The notes under the pieces are model-generated. The model was not told where the DNA came from, did not search any database, and saw only the letters and a program-made list of their open reading frames with translations. Both the position numbers and the translations under genes were made by a program. 64,000 nucleotides of DNA, from the NCBI GenBank assembly GCA_036517655.1, contig DATDVE010000016.1, positions 2,979 to 66,978 of the forward strand. The letters run 5' to 3'. This document shows, one piece after another, positions 46,999 to 56,358 of this stretch (positions are counted from its first letter, which is position 1; every line of letters begins with the position of its first letter). The stretch comes from Minisyncoccota bacterium. Lineage in GTDB: Bacteria; Patescibacteriota; Minisyncoccia; Phycocordibacterales; DATDSR01.

Positions 46999-48031
46999 CT
47001 TCTCTTTCCACTAACACACTGGCGAATCTCTCAAGGTCCTCCAGAATGAATCCAGCTCCCCTTACCACGCAAGTTAGTGGATCTTCGGCGATATATACCG
47101 GCACCTTAAGTTCGTCCTCAAGTAGCTTAGCTAGATTAGTAATAAGCGCCCCACCACCCAAAAGAACTAGCCCTCTGTGCATAACATCCGCAACCACTTC
47201 TGGCGGAGTACTTTCAAGTACCTCCTTAACAGACTCAACGATAAGGGCGAGCGCCGGACCGAGGGCCTCGCGTATGTCAGTGTCAGTAACGACAACCTCA
47301 CGCGGGAGACCCGTGACCAAATCCCTCCCCCGGATTGAGAGCTCGATCGGTTCAGAGAGTTCAGTCGCGGACCCAATTGATAGCTTTATATTCTCCGCAG
47401 TTTTCTCGCCAATCAAAATTTTGAACTCCTCGCGCACATAGTTGATAATGTCGTCATTGAGCCTGTCACCGGCAACACGCAAATTTTTGGACGCGACAAT
47501 GCCACCAAGAGAGATCACGGCAATATCTGTGGTACCGCCGCCGATATCAATAACCATACTGCCAACTGGTTCACCCACTGGAAGCTTGGTACCGATCGCT
47601 CCGGCCATTGGCTCCTCAACCAGATGCACTTCGCGCGCGCCGGCATTACGTGCCGCATCGCGCACAGCGCGCTTCTCAACATTGGTAATACCCGAAGGTA
47701 TGCCCACCACGACTCTCGGGCCCAACATTTTCTTGCCCGAAATTTCCATCGCCTTTCTAATGAAATGGGCCAGCATCTCTTCTGTGGCCTCAAAGTTAGA
47801 AATTACCCCGTCTACAAGCGGTCGCACAGCAACAACATGCCCAGGCGTGCGGCCAACCATCTTGCTCGCATCTTTGCCCACGGCCACCACCTGGCCAGTT
47901 TTCTGATTGATCGCCACAACTGATGGCTCGTTCACAACTATCCCCTTCCCTTTAACATAGACAAGCGTGTTAGCAGTACCCAAGTCAATGCCCATATCAT
48001 CAGAAAATCTTTCTTTAAACCATCTTAACAT
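46976..48031 (-). CDS. mreB: Rod shape-determining protein MreB
   Basis: GIDLGTANT, EPSVVA, DIGGGTTD, GGGAL, DPLTCV. Confidence 0.97.
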   Translation of the reverse strand: MLRWFKERFSDDMGIDLGTANTLVYVKGKGIVVNEPSVVAINQKTGQVVAVGKDASKMVGRTPGHVVAVRPLVDGVISNFEATEEMLAHFIRKAMEISGKKMLGPRVVVGIPSGITNVEKRAVRDAARNAGAREVHLVEEPMAGAIGTKLPVGEPVGSMVIDIGGGTTDIAVISLGGIVASKNLRVAGDRLNDDIINYVREEFKILIGEKTAENIKLSIGSATELSEPIELSIRGRDLVTGLPREVVVTDTDIREALGPALALIVESVKEVLESTPPEVVADVMHRGLVLLGGGALITNLAKLLEDELKVPVYIAEDPLTCVVRGAGFILEDLERFASVLVEREDELAREK

Positions 48032-49226
48032 CGCCTGTTCGTCTATCTTTAACTTCTATGCCTCCGGCGGCAATGCTCTTTTTACTCACAACGAAGCGCT
48101 CGGGTATACCTATTAGGTCAGCATCGGCAAACTTCTCACCGGCGGGCACATCTCGATCATCATAAAGAACTTCTTTCCCTTCTTTAATTAATTTCTTATA
48201 AAGTTTATCAGCCTCACCCTTAGTTTCTTGATCAAGTGAGAGTAAGTGGATCTGGAACGGCGCAACCGATTCCGGCCAAACAATCCCCTTCTCATCAGAT
48301 AATAGTTCAACAATAGTGCCCATGAGTCTGCTTGGCCCAATGCCATAACAGCCCATCAATACTGACTTCTTATTTCCTTCACTATCCTTACAACTTAAGC
48401 CGAGAGCATCACTGAAACGACTTCCGAGGGTAAAGATATTTCCAACTTCGATTGCTTTCACCTCTCTCAAGTCCCCCCTTGCAAGATCAAGATCGGCCAG
48501 AACGGCGTCGGTTAAGACCTCCTTGTTTACAGCCAAATTCCTATCTTTAGATACATATATAAGATCCTCACCAGCCTCCGAAACTGTCTGGAATTCGTGC
48601 GAATACTTGCTAAAGATGCCGCCCGAAGCAAAGGTCCTGTATGTGTGTTCACCTACTCCTAAACGATCAAAAACCTTGACATACGCACCCGCAATCATCT
48701 CGTAAACTCTATTAAAATCTTCTTCGCTGTCATGAAAAGAATACATATCCTTCATCAAGAATTCTCGACCACGCATGATCCCACTTTTGGCCCGAGCCTC
48801 GTTTCTAAATTTCGTATTTATCTGATAGACGATCTTTGGTAGATCTTTATATGACTGTATGTATTCAGACATTATGCGGGTGAGGGGTTCTTCGTTGGTA
48901 AGGGCAAGACCAACCTGACCACCATTTTTGAGTTCGGACTTGAACCAGTTATCAACTTTCGAATCATCCCAGCGATCCGTACGTTCATAAAGTTCTCTGT
49001 CTTGAATAAGAGACATTGAAATTTCCTGCCCACCAATAGCATTCATTTCCTCACGAATGATCCCAACAATTTTACTTAGGACCCGGAGTCCTAAGGGGAG
49101 ATATGAGTAGACTCCGGCCATTTCTTTGTGAATATACCCCGCTCTGATGAGTAATTGAGCGTTCTTAGAGACCTCATCTTTGGGAGCCTCCCGCCTAGTT
49201 TTAGTAAACAAAAAAGACTGTCGCAT
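48015..49226 (-). CDS. proS: Proline--tRNA ligase, short form lacking the INS editing domain
   Basis: LLIRAGYI, FRNE.R..G.MRGREF.MKD, MGCYGIG, GEKFADADLIG; 403 aa. Confidence 0.95.
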   Translation of the reverse strand: MRQSFLFTKTRREAPKDEVSKNAQLLIRAGYIHKEMAGVYSYLPLGLRVLSKIVGIIREEMNAIGGQEISMSLIQDRELYERTDRWDDSKVDNWFKSELKNGGQVGLALTNEEPLTRIMSEYIQSYKDLPKIVYQINTKFRNEARAKSGIMRGREFLMKDMYSFHDSEEDFNRVYEMIAGAYVKVFDRLGVGEHTYRTFASGGIFSKYSHEFQTVSEAGEDLIYVSKDRNLAVNKEVLTDAVLADLDLARGDLREVKAIEVGNIFTLGSRFSDALGLSCKDSEGNKKSVLMGCYGIGPSRLMGTIVELLSDEKGIVWPESVAPFQIHLLSLDQETKGEADKLYKKLIKEGKEVLYDDRDVPAGEKFADADLIGIPERFVVSKKSIAAGGIEVKDRRTGDVKMV

Positions 49227-49256
49227 TGGCCTATCCTAGCACAAAAATGGGCGATA

Positions 49257-50291
49257 CTAAACTAGCTTTGCTATGTCTCTATATGTGATAACTAACATCA
49301 AGATTATCAAGAGTGAGAAGCCGACTACGTTTATCGTGTTTGCTATCTTTTGCTTAATGGGCGAACCCTTGATTGCCTCTATAATTACAAAGAGCAAACG
49401 TCCACCGTCTAGGGCCGGGAATGGCACAAGGTTGATGACAGCAAGCGACAGAGACAAAATAGCGGTCAGTAACAAGAGCGAAATAAAGCCGTGCTTGCTC
49501 GCCTCACCCACAATGCCCGCAATACCCACCGGCCCCACGACGCCTTCCAAACTTCCCTCTCCTTTCAATGCGTCGCCTATAAAGGTGGCAAGAGCTCCCG
49601 CAGTTCCTGTTGTGAGCCTGTACGTTACCGAAACGGCGGAGGGCAGAGCTTGAATCGGAGACAAGTGCGCATCACCAACAAAGTCCATTTCTATTCCCAA
49701 GATCGGCTCCGGCAGTAAAATATACGTCTTATCCGGGGTAACAACCTCAACATTCTCTCCCTTATGCGCAGATACATAATCCTGCAAGGCCTCGGGCGTC
49801 TCAAAATTACTGATTTCTGTACCCGGTGGGATCTGGGCTTCGTCCGCGGGTGATCCCGGCACAACTGCCGTCACAATGACTCGATGATTAGTTATATCGG
49901 ATTCGTGATCGGCAAAATCTGCAACAGATACCGGCAGCCCCGCCTGCAGGCCAACCCATATGAGTACGGAGGCGAGCAGAATATTAAACACGATTCCGGC
50001 CACAATCACGGCCGCCTGGACAAGTCTCGGCTTTCTAGAAATACTGCGCTCTGGTTCGAGGTCTGGGCTGGTACTATCAGAATCTTCGCCATGAATCCGG
50101 ACATAACCTCCAAAAGGAATCCAGTTGAGAGAGTAGATAGTTTCGCCAATCTTCTTGCCATAGGCCCTGGGCGGCAGACCCAAGCCAAACTCGAGCACCT
50201 TGATGCCCGATAACTTGGCTACGATGAAGTGCCCGAACTCGTGGGAGAGCACAAGAACTGCCAGGATTATTATAAGTAAGATAACGCTCAT
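49257..50291 (-). CDS. rseP: Site-2 protease RseP (M50)
   Basis: HEFGH, PFGGYV, NLVPFPALDGG. Confidence 0.93.
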   Translation of the reverse strand: MSVILLIIILAVLVLSHEFGHFIVAKLSGIKVLEFGLGLPPRAYGKKIGETIYSLNWIPFGGYVRIHGEDSDSTSPDLEPERSISRKPRLVQAAVIVAGIVFNILLASVLIWVGLQAGLPVSVADFADHESDITNHRVIVTAVVPGSPADEAQIPPGTEISNFETPEALQDYVSAHKGENVEVVTPDKTYILLPEPILGIEMDFVGDAHLSPIQALPSAVSVTYRLTTGTAGALATFIGDALKGEGSLEGVVGPVGIAGIVGEASKHGFISLLLLTAILSLSLAVINLVPFPALDGGRLLFVIIEAIKGSPIKQKIANTINVVGFSLLIILMLVITYRDIAKLV

Positions 50292-50299
50292 TATTTATA

Positions 50300-50848
50300 C
50301 TACTGCGAGATCTCCGTTATCTTCTTGTCTGTGACGAGCTCAAGATTCTTGTTACAAGTATCTACCAGAGTCTGCATATCCTCTTTTAGTTTGAATTTCT
50401 CATCTTCGCTTATAGTCCCCTTCCTTTCGTTCTCTACTATATCGTTCCAGACAGATTCTCGGTCGCGCTTGATGCTTACGCGGGCTTCTTCATGTTTCTC
50501 CTTGACCAATTTCTCCAACAACTTTCTGCGCTCGGCTGTAAGATCTGGGAAGATCACCCGCATACCCGCTCCATCTACGACCACACTCACACCAAGATTT
50601 GCTGCGGAGAGCGCCGACTCAATTGCTTTGACCGCTGCCTTATCCCAGGGCGCAATTCTGATTGTCTTGGCATCTTCTACCGAAATTGCAGCAAGGTGGG
50701 AAATTTTACTCTGTGCTCCATAGAGTTCTACATTTACGCCGTCAAGAACAGCAGGCGTAGCTCGACCTGTACGCAAGCTTTGGTACTCATGCGAGAGCCA
50801 CGTTTCAATATTCCCCAATTTTTGTTTGAAACTATTTAAGTTGTACAT
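50300..50848 (-). CDS. frr: Ribosome recycling factor
   Basis: LRTGRA, PWD, P.LT.ERR, ISED. Confidence 0.96.
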   Translation of the reverse strand: MYNLNSFKQKLGNIETWLSHEYQSLRTGRATPAVLDGVNVELYGAQSKISHLAAISVEDAKTIRIAPWDKAAVKAIESALSAANLGVSVVVDGAGMRVIFPDLTAERRKLLEKLVKEKHEEARVSIKRDRESVWNDIVENERKGTISEDEKFKLKEDMQTLVDTCNKNLELVTDKKITEISQ

Positions 50849-51051
50849 AAATTTATATGCTCCAGAATAGCACGGATGGGAGTATCGGTTGAATAGAGCA
50901 AGCGTCTCGCATGCATAATCTCCCGCAATTTAATCTCATTCTCGCTTACACCTTGCTTGTAAAATCCCTCTTCTAATTGGGCTAAGTGTGCGAGTGCACC
51001 CTCCCGGTCGCCACTGTCTGCCAATTCTTCAATAACTTTTCTCTCTATCAT
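50836..51051 (-). CDS. Hypothetical protein
   Basis: 71-aa ORF between mreB2 and frr, overlapping the frr start. Confidence 0.5.
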   Translation of the reverse strand: MIERKVIEELADSGDREGALAHLAQLEEGFYKQGVSENEIKLREIMHARRLLYSTDTPIRAILEHINLCTT

Positions 51052-51073
51052 TTCCCTTAATTATTTCTCTTCA

Positions 51074-52081
51074 TTATTTCTTTGCAATGATACTCTTCTT
51101 ATATGTATCAAGATGCTCTAGGGCAATGCCAGTACCGTTCACAACACAATACAGAGGATTCTCGGCAAGAGTTGCCTTAACTCCTGTCTTCCTGAAAATG
51201 AGTTCTGGCAAATTACGAAGTTGTGAACTTCCGCCGGTCATAATGATGCCTTGATCAATAATATCTGCCGCAAGTTCAGGTGGCGTATCTTGGAAGACGT
51301 CACGGACTGCCTTCACAATCTGCCTCAATTCTCCGTCAATTGCTGCCACAATCTGATTGGTGCTAAGTTCGATTGTCCTGGGCAAGCCCGTCAAGAAATC
51401 ACGCCCTCTTACTGGGGCCTTCTCCTCCTCTTCCACGGTCACAGCCGAGCCTATCGTTATTTTAATTTCCTCCGCAGTTTTGTCTCCGATTGCCAAATTG
51501 AAAGTCTTCCTTATGTAGTCAGTTATACCTTGATCTATTTTATCCCCGGCGCACTTCACGCTTGTGCTTGCCACAATTCCTCCCAAACTTATTACAGCCA
51601 CATCTGTTGTGCCACCGCCAATATCTACTACCATGTGCCCTTTTGCCTCATAAATGGGAATACCTGCGCCAATGGCCGCAAGTATCGGTTCCTTTATTAC
51701 GTAAGCGTTCTTCGCACCAGCTTTTATCGTCGCCTCGATCACAGCCCTGCGCTCGGTTGAAGTGACGCCTGCCGGGACCGATACCATGACTTCCGGCTTC
51801 CAAATATTCCACTTACCTAAAGCCTTATTCATATAGTAACGCAACATAGCCTCTGTGATTCTGTAGTCAGCGATCACGCCATCTTTCATGGGTCGGTAAG
51901 CCACAATGTTATCCGGAGTGCGCCCAATCATATCCTTAGCCTCAATACCTACAGCAAGCACCTTATGGTCAATTTCAGAGACGGCCACAACAGATGGCTC
52001 ATTTAGTACGACCCCTTTGTCTGGGACAAAAACTAGGGTATTGGCAGTACCCAGATCAATCCCCAATTTCTTCACAAACAT
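51074..52081 (-). CDS. mreB: Second MreB/Mbl paralog
   Basis: GIDLGTANT, RPMKDGVIAD, DIGGGTTD, TGG. Confidence 0.95.
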   Translation of the reverse strand: MFVKKLGIDLGTANTLVFVPDKGVVLNEPSVVAVSEIDHKVLAVGIEAKDMIGRTPDNIVAYRPMKDGVIADYRITEAMLRYYMNKALGKWNIWKPEVMVSVPAGVTSTERRAVIEATIKAGAKNAYVIKEPILAAIGAGIPIYEAKGHMVVDIGGGTTDVAVISLGGIVASTSVKCAGDKIDQGITDYIRKTFNLAIGDKTAEEIKITIGSAVTVEEEEKAPVRGRDFLTGLPRTIELSTNQIVAAIDGELRQIVKAVRDVFQDTPPELAADIIDQGIIMTGGSSQLRNLPELIFRKTGVKATLAENPLYCVVNGTGIALEHLDTYKKSIIAKK

Positions 52082-52095
52082 AGGAATATACTACA

Positions 52096-52148
52096 GCGCA
52101 AAGCTCAAAACGCAAAGCTCCTGCCTGCGCAGGCAGGCAAAGCGCAAA
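52096..52148. repeat. Heptamer array (nnnCAAA) interrupted by the 18-bp palindrome
   Basis: gcgcaaa gctcaaa acgcaaa gct[cctgcctgcgcaggcagg]caaa gcgcaaa. Confidence 0.8.
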
Positions 52149-52149
52149 A

Positions 52150-55100
52150 TTAAAGTGCTGGGTCCGGGACTGGATCGGGCGCAGGTTCTTGTACGGGCTC
52201 CGCAATAGGCTCGGGTATTGGCTCTGTCACAACCTCCGGCATAACTTCCGGTTCAGAAACAACTTCCGGTTCAGGAATTATGTCTGGCTCGGGAACAATC
52301 TCGGATGCAGTATCAGTGCCGGGATCGATGCTAGCGCCCGAGGCTTCCAGAAGAGATTTAAATTCATTTCTGGTAACACAGATGTCTTCAACGCAAAGCT
52401 TATCAGTTACAACTTCGTCAGCTTCTAATCTCTTAACTCGCAGAGTTCCACTTTCGTCTATAGACCAGTTACTCGAATCTTTTTTAATTGAGTCGGCAAC
52501 AGTAAGTTGTGCGGGTGAAGCTTGATTCCGCAGATTAACGAAGACAAGCACCTTGCCCTCTTTTTCTGGTTCGTTATTCCAATCTTCAAGAGCCACCCCG
52601 AGAGCCGCCTCGCCCTCATTCGCCTTTTTACCAACGCCAGGCTCACTACCAGCGGATACCCAGTCGCCCTTAGAGATAGGCCCGTTATCGAGATTAACCT
52701 TAACGGGCACACGACCAACTAATGCGATGATCGGCCTCGTTGAAGTACCCTGCCTGCCCGGACCAATGATGACATCGGAGCCATTTATACCTATTGCTGG
52801 AGCCGTAGAAACTACACCTATAAGAACCTCGTCATGAATACCTTTATGCAGAACAGCCTTATCGACTACCCCTGTGTCAAGCGAGGCAATGTCACCCGCC
52901 TCCATGACTTCAGACGCCGGATATCGCTCGCCAATATCGAAGACTTCACCAATATCGTCCGCATCTGGCGTCTGATCAGAAGTGTCAACAGCGAGACCAC
53001 CCATTGACAAACCAGCACCAGAGATCGGACACGAAGTCCCCGCCGTAATACAAACCGCACCTTGAACAACCAGACCGCCCGCGTCCAAAGTCGCCGTTGT
53101 AGTACCAATCCTTACTAAACCATTGTTTTTCTGCACAGACAAATATCTATCGCCAACGGCGAATATCTGCCCATCCGATGGCGATGTCGTACCCACAGAA
53201 AGAATGCCGGCAAATGTAGAGGTAGCAATCGTGCTCGTGGCAAAATATTTATCCGCGACCACGCCACTCTCCCCCACAACAGAAAGTGACGCGTATGGTG
53301 AAGTAGTGCTGATGCCCAAGTATCCACTGCTAGTGAGCCGCATCCACTCGGTTAAACCCACCGATGAATTCTTGGTAGAGAACGTGAGAACACTTTTTGG
53401 AGACGTAGTTGATGTGTTTGTCAGCACACCAGCAATCCTCGCCGTGGTACTGCTCGTCGTAGCATTATCCTGCACAGAGAAGGTCAGTGCTGAACCGATG
53501 CCCGACGCTACCCCCAGAGAGGAGGTGGCCATATGGCCTATATCAAGCGCGTCGCTCACGCTGTTACGAAATGTGTCCGAGATGGTAGAACGCAACGAGG
53601 GGAAGATGGCAATGGTGCTTGTAGAATAGGTACTGAATATGCCTGGTCCGTATGAGCCGATGCCCCCGCCCCCAACTGTTAGGCCAGAGCCGACATACAA
53701 CCTGCCCCCAACCGTAAGTCCGTTGATAACACTTGCCGCACCCGCTTCAAGGTTGTGGGCCACAACGGATTGGGCTTCAATGCCGGTGGTGTCGAAAATA
53801 TGAAGAGCACTCTCGGCCGAAATAAGGTACCTGCCCATAAGGGCGATACCGTGTCCGGTTGCAGCATCTGCTTCATTAGTAGAGCCAATCTGCCGTGGAT
53901 TATAGGGATCGGATATGTCATAGGCACGAATTGCGTTAGTGAACCCGCCACCTAAGTGGAATGATACGTACATGTATTTCCCGGCAATGATTAAACGCTC
54001 TGCGTCTGCGCCTACTTCTACTCCACCTATTTCTACTGGGGAATTAATGTTTTGTATGTCAAAAATTCTTATTTCATTGGCCCCGGCGTTGGCGGCGGTC
54101 GTCACATAGGCGTAACGCCCCCGGACCTCTATCTGCGTAGCACTCGCATTAACGTCAAGTGACCCAACTTTTTTAAGTAAATTGGGATTTGTAATGTCGT
54201 ATATACCTACATCACCTCCAAATAGGCTAGAGAAAAGGTACTTGCCAAACACTTCCACTTTTTGTTGAGCATTTGATTCATTGATCCCACTTACAAAAAC
54301 CGGATTCGCTGGATTCGTAATATCGTAAACCATAATATCCTGCGACAAACTATCGCTTCCAGCAACAAACAGTAATCCACCGGATACAACAGCATCTCTA
54401 ATTATATTTGATCCACCAGTATCAATCCCTCCTATTTTGATAGGTATTCTTGGATTTGACATGTCCCATATTTCGAGATCGTCACCGCTAACGGTGCCAT
54501 ATGAAATGTAGGCATAATGTCCGTACGAACTAAAATTGTTCGGGGCTGCTGCTATACTTGTGGTACTAACCAAAGTGGTGCTTGCCGTTGGGGAAATCTC
54601 GTACACAACTAACTCACCGTTAACTGTCGCACCAAATAAGTATCGACCAAAGGTGCTCATATGGGTGAGGCGACTTGTTCCTGTTGGAAGTGCTACCGTA
54701 TCCAACAATATCATCGTACTTGTCGTAGCCGTGTCGCCGAGCATTTGAATTATATTGCCAGCGGTGACAGAAAGAGCTGACATGGGCGTTGTCGTGCTAA
54801 TGCCCACTTTGGTAGCGCCTGCGGGATATATGGCGGTTAAGTCAACACTTGACGTGGCCCATTTGGAAATAGAAGTGGCGGGAATTGTACCTACGCACAC
54901 ACTATTTATTGCGAAGCAACCCCTGCCGGCAGATAAGTTAATGCCGTTGGCAAATGTTGATGTCGCAGTACTGACAGAGGCCAGAGCTGATGTCGTGGCC
55001 CAGCCTGATACGATTAGGTTGGTGGTAGAAGCAAGATTATAGACGTTTAGATTACTTGTCGTAGCCGCAATGGCGAAAAGCTTGATAAAGCTTGAGGTGG

Positions 55101-56337
55101 CCATCGTGCCTGTCGCTTCGTAATGATCAGCTACTACCCCCGTTGAACCCACCACCGAGAGAGCGGCGTATGGAGAAGTGGTACCGATGCCAATGTTGCC
55201 GCTAGTGGCAATTCTAAACCATTCTGTTGTTACGGCCGTGTTCTCGTTTATTTGCCCAAAAGTAAATGGCTTCGCAATGCTGGAACCAAAGAAGCCGGTT
55301 AAGAATGCTTGTCGATCTGCCGTATTAAGAATAATCAATCGATCGTAATTTGATGGATCTGCCACAAAATCTGTGCCGAAAAGATCTATGAACGTCTTTT
55401 CCGCACCGATGCCCCACGTCGCTGCCGTGGGTGTGCCCTTTGGGAGAACACGCCAGACCCCTGCAGTATTGGCATCTACGGGTTGGTTCGTTATAGTGGC
55501 ATACCCAGCTCCTGCGGAGGCGGCCTTGATCGTAAATTGACTATTGAGTTGAAGCTGGTCGTTGGCATCGTCCCAGATAAAATTGGCATCTGATGAGAGA
55601 TTTGAAGCTGTAGTCCAGAAGGCAGCACGGTTGGCCGCACCCGAACCAGTTATACCAGACCCACCCACGCAAGTGCCATTAATCGCGAAGCAACCAGCCG
55701 CTAAGTTCACTCCGTTTGCAATTTGAGTGGTTGTTGCTCCCGATACATGTAAACGGGTGGTGGTGGCCGCCGTGCCTGTGGCGTTGATAAACGAAAAGTA
55801 CTGGATTGTAGAGGAGGCGGTCACAAGCAGTCCACCGGTTGAAGTGCCCACTATATCGGAACGTATAAACCCGTCCGAATCAATTCCATCAAGTCTGTCA
55901 GCCTCGAAGGCAGCGGGCACAGTGCCGAATTGCTTGCGTGGGGTCATCTCATTGTCCCAAACTGGAGTAGAACTCGTCCCACCAATACTCACGCCTAGGT
56001 ACAAATCCTGATTATAGTTTAGCGACGAGAGAGAGGTGATATCACCGAGCAACACAGAGAACAAGCCATTCGTTACCGTAACTGCTGTGGTTGTAGATGT
56101 GTGCACTTCGGTCCAAAGGGCACCTCCCCCAGAAGATGCCGTATAAATGCGGAAGATTATATTGTAGTCACCGTCGCCCACAAGAACCCCACTTGAGTCT
56201 GTGAGTTTGCCTTGATAGTTGATTTCTTTGTTAAAACTTGAAGTGGCAGCAGATGCGCTTCGCACAAGTGCAAAAGTCAAAAAGCAAAGTGCAAAAGTGC
56301 AAGTCAAAATTTTAAATTTTGGACTGAAATTTTTCAT
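52150..56337 (-). CDS. Giant secreted fibre/adhesin-like protein with LVIVD repeats and a C-terminal intramolecular-chaperone-like (peptidase G2 type) domain
   Basis: Signal peptide; INYQGKLTD..GLFSVLLG; ADRLDG; GIGTTSP repeats; I.D..NP..P repeats; DIGERY..GVVST..ALVGRVPVKV; Pro/Glu-rich tail. Confidence 0.8.
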   Translation of the reverse strand: MKNFSPKFKILTCTFALCFLTFALVRSASAATSSFNKEINYQGKLTDSSGVLVGDGDYNIIFRIYTASSGGGALWTEVHTSTTTAVTVTNGLFSVLLGDITSLSSLNYNQDLYLGVSIGGTSSTPVWDNEMTPRKQFGTVPAAFEADRLDGIDSDGFIRSDIVGTSTGGLLVTASSTIQYFSFINATGTAATTTRLHVSGATTTQIANGVNLAAGCFAINGTCVGGSGITGSGAANRAAFWTTASNLSSDANFIWDDANDQLQLNSQFTIKAASAGAGYATITNQPVDANTAGVWRVLPKGTPTAATWGIGAEKTFIDLFGTDFVADPSNYDRLIILNTADRQAFLTGFFGSSIAKPFTFGQINENTAVTTEWFRIATSGNIGIGTTSPYAALSVVGSTGVVADHYEATGTMATSSFIKLFAIAATTSNLNVYNLASTTNLIVSGWATTSALASVSTATSTFANGINLSAGRGCFAINSVCVGTIPATSISKWATSSVDLTAIYPAGATKVGISTTTPMSALSVTAGNIIQMLGDTATTSTMILLDTVALPTGTSRLTHMSTFGRYLFGATVNGELVVYEISPTASTTLVSTTSIAAAPNNFSSYGHYAYISYGTVSGDDLEIWDMSNPRIPIKIGGIDTGGSNIIRDAVVSGGLLFVAGSDSLSQDIMVYDITNPANPVFVSGINESNAQQKVEVFGKYLFSSLFGGDVGIYDITNPNLLKKVGSLDVNASATQIEVRGRYAYVTTAANAGANEIRIFDIQNINSPVEIGGVEVGADAERLIIAGKYMYVSFHLGGGFTNAIRAYDISDPYNPRQIGSTNEADAATGHGIALMGRYLISAESALHIFDTTGIEAQSVVAHNLEAGAASVINGLTVGGRLYVGSGLTVGGGGIGSYGPGIFSTYSTSTIAIFPSLRSTISDTFRNSVSDALDIGHMATSSLGVASGIGSALTFSVQDNATTSSTTARIAGVLTNTSTTSPKSVLTFSTKNSSVGLTEWMRLTSSGYLGISTTSPYASLSVVGESGVVADKYFATSTIATSTFAGILSVGTTSPSDGQIFAVGDRYLSVQKNNGLVRIGTTTATLDAGGLVVQGAVCITAGTSCPISGAGLSMGGLAVDTSDQTPDADDIGEVFDIGERYPASEVMEAGDIASLDTGVVDKAVLHKGIHDEVLIGVVSTAPAIGINGSDVIIGPGRQGTSTRPIIALVGRVPVKVNLDNGPISKGDWVSAGSEPGVGKKANEGEAALGVALEDWNNEPEKEGKVLVFVNLRNQASPAQLTVADSIKKDSSNWSIDESGTLRVKRLEADEVVTDKLCVEDICVTRNEFKSLLEASGASIDPGTDTASEIVPEPDIIPEPEVVSEPEVMPEVVTEPIPEPIAEPVQEPAPDPVPDPAL

Positions 56338-56358
56338 TTTGCAGTCTGCATTTTTAAT
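56268..56358. repeat. Degenerate heptamer tract encoding the giant protein's signal peptide and the upstream gene's end
   Basis: gtgcaaa agtcaaa aagcaaa gtgcaaa ... ttttcat tttgcag tctgcat ttttaat. Confidence 0.65.

Noticed and set aside
52150-56337. Prophage, suggested by the tail-fibre-like protein
   Set aside because: The protein has a signal peptide, and no capsid, terminase, portal or integrase genes are in the window
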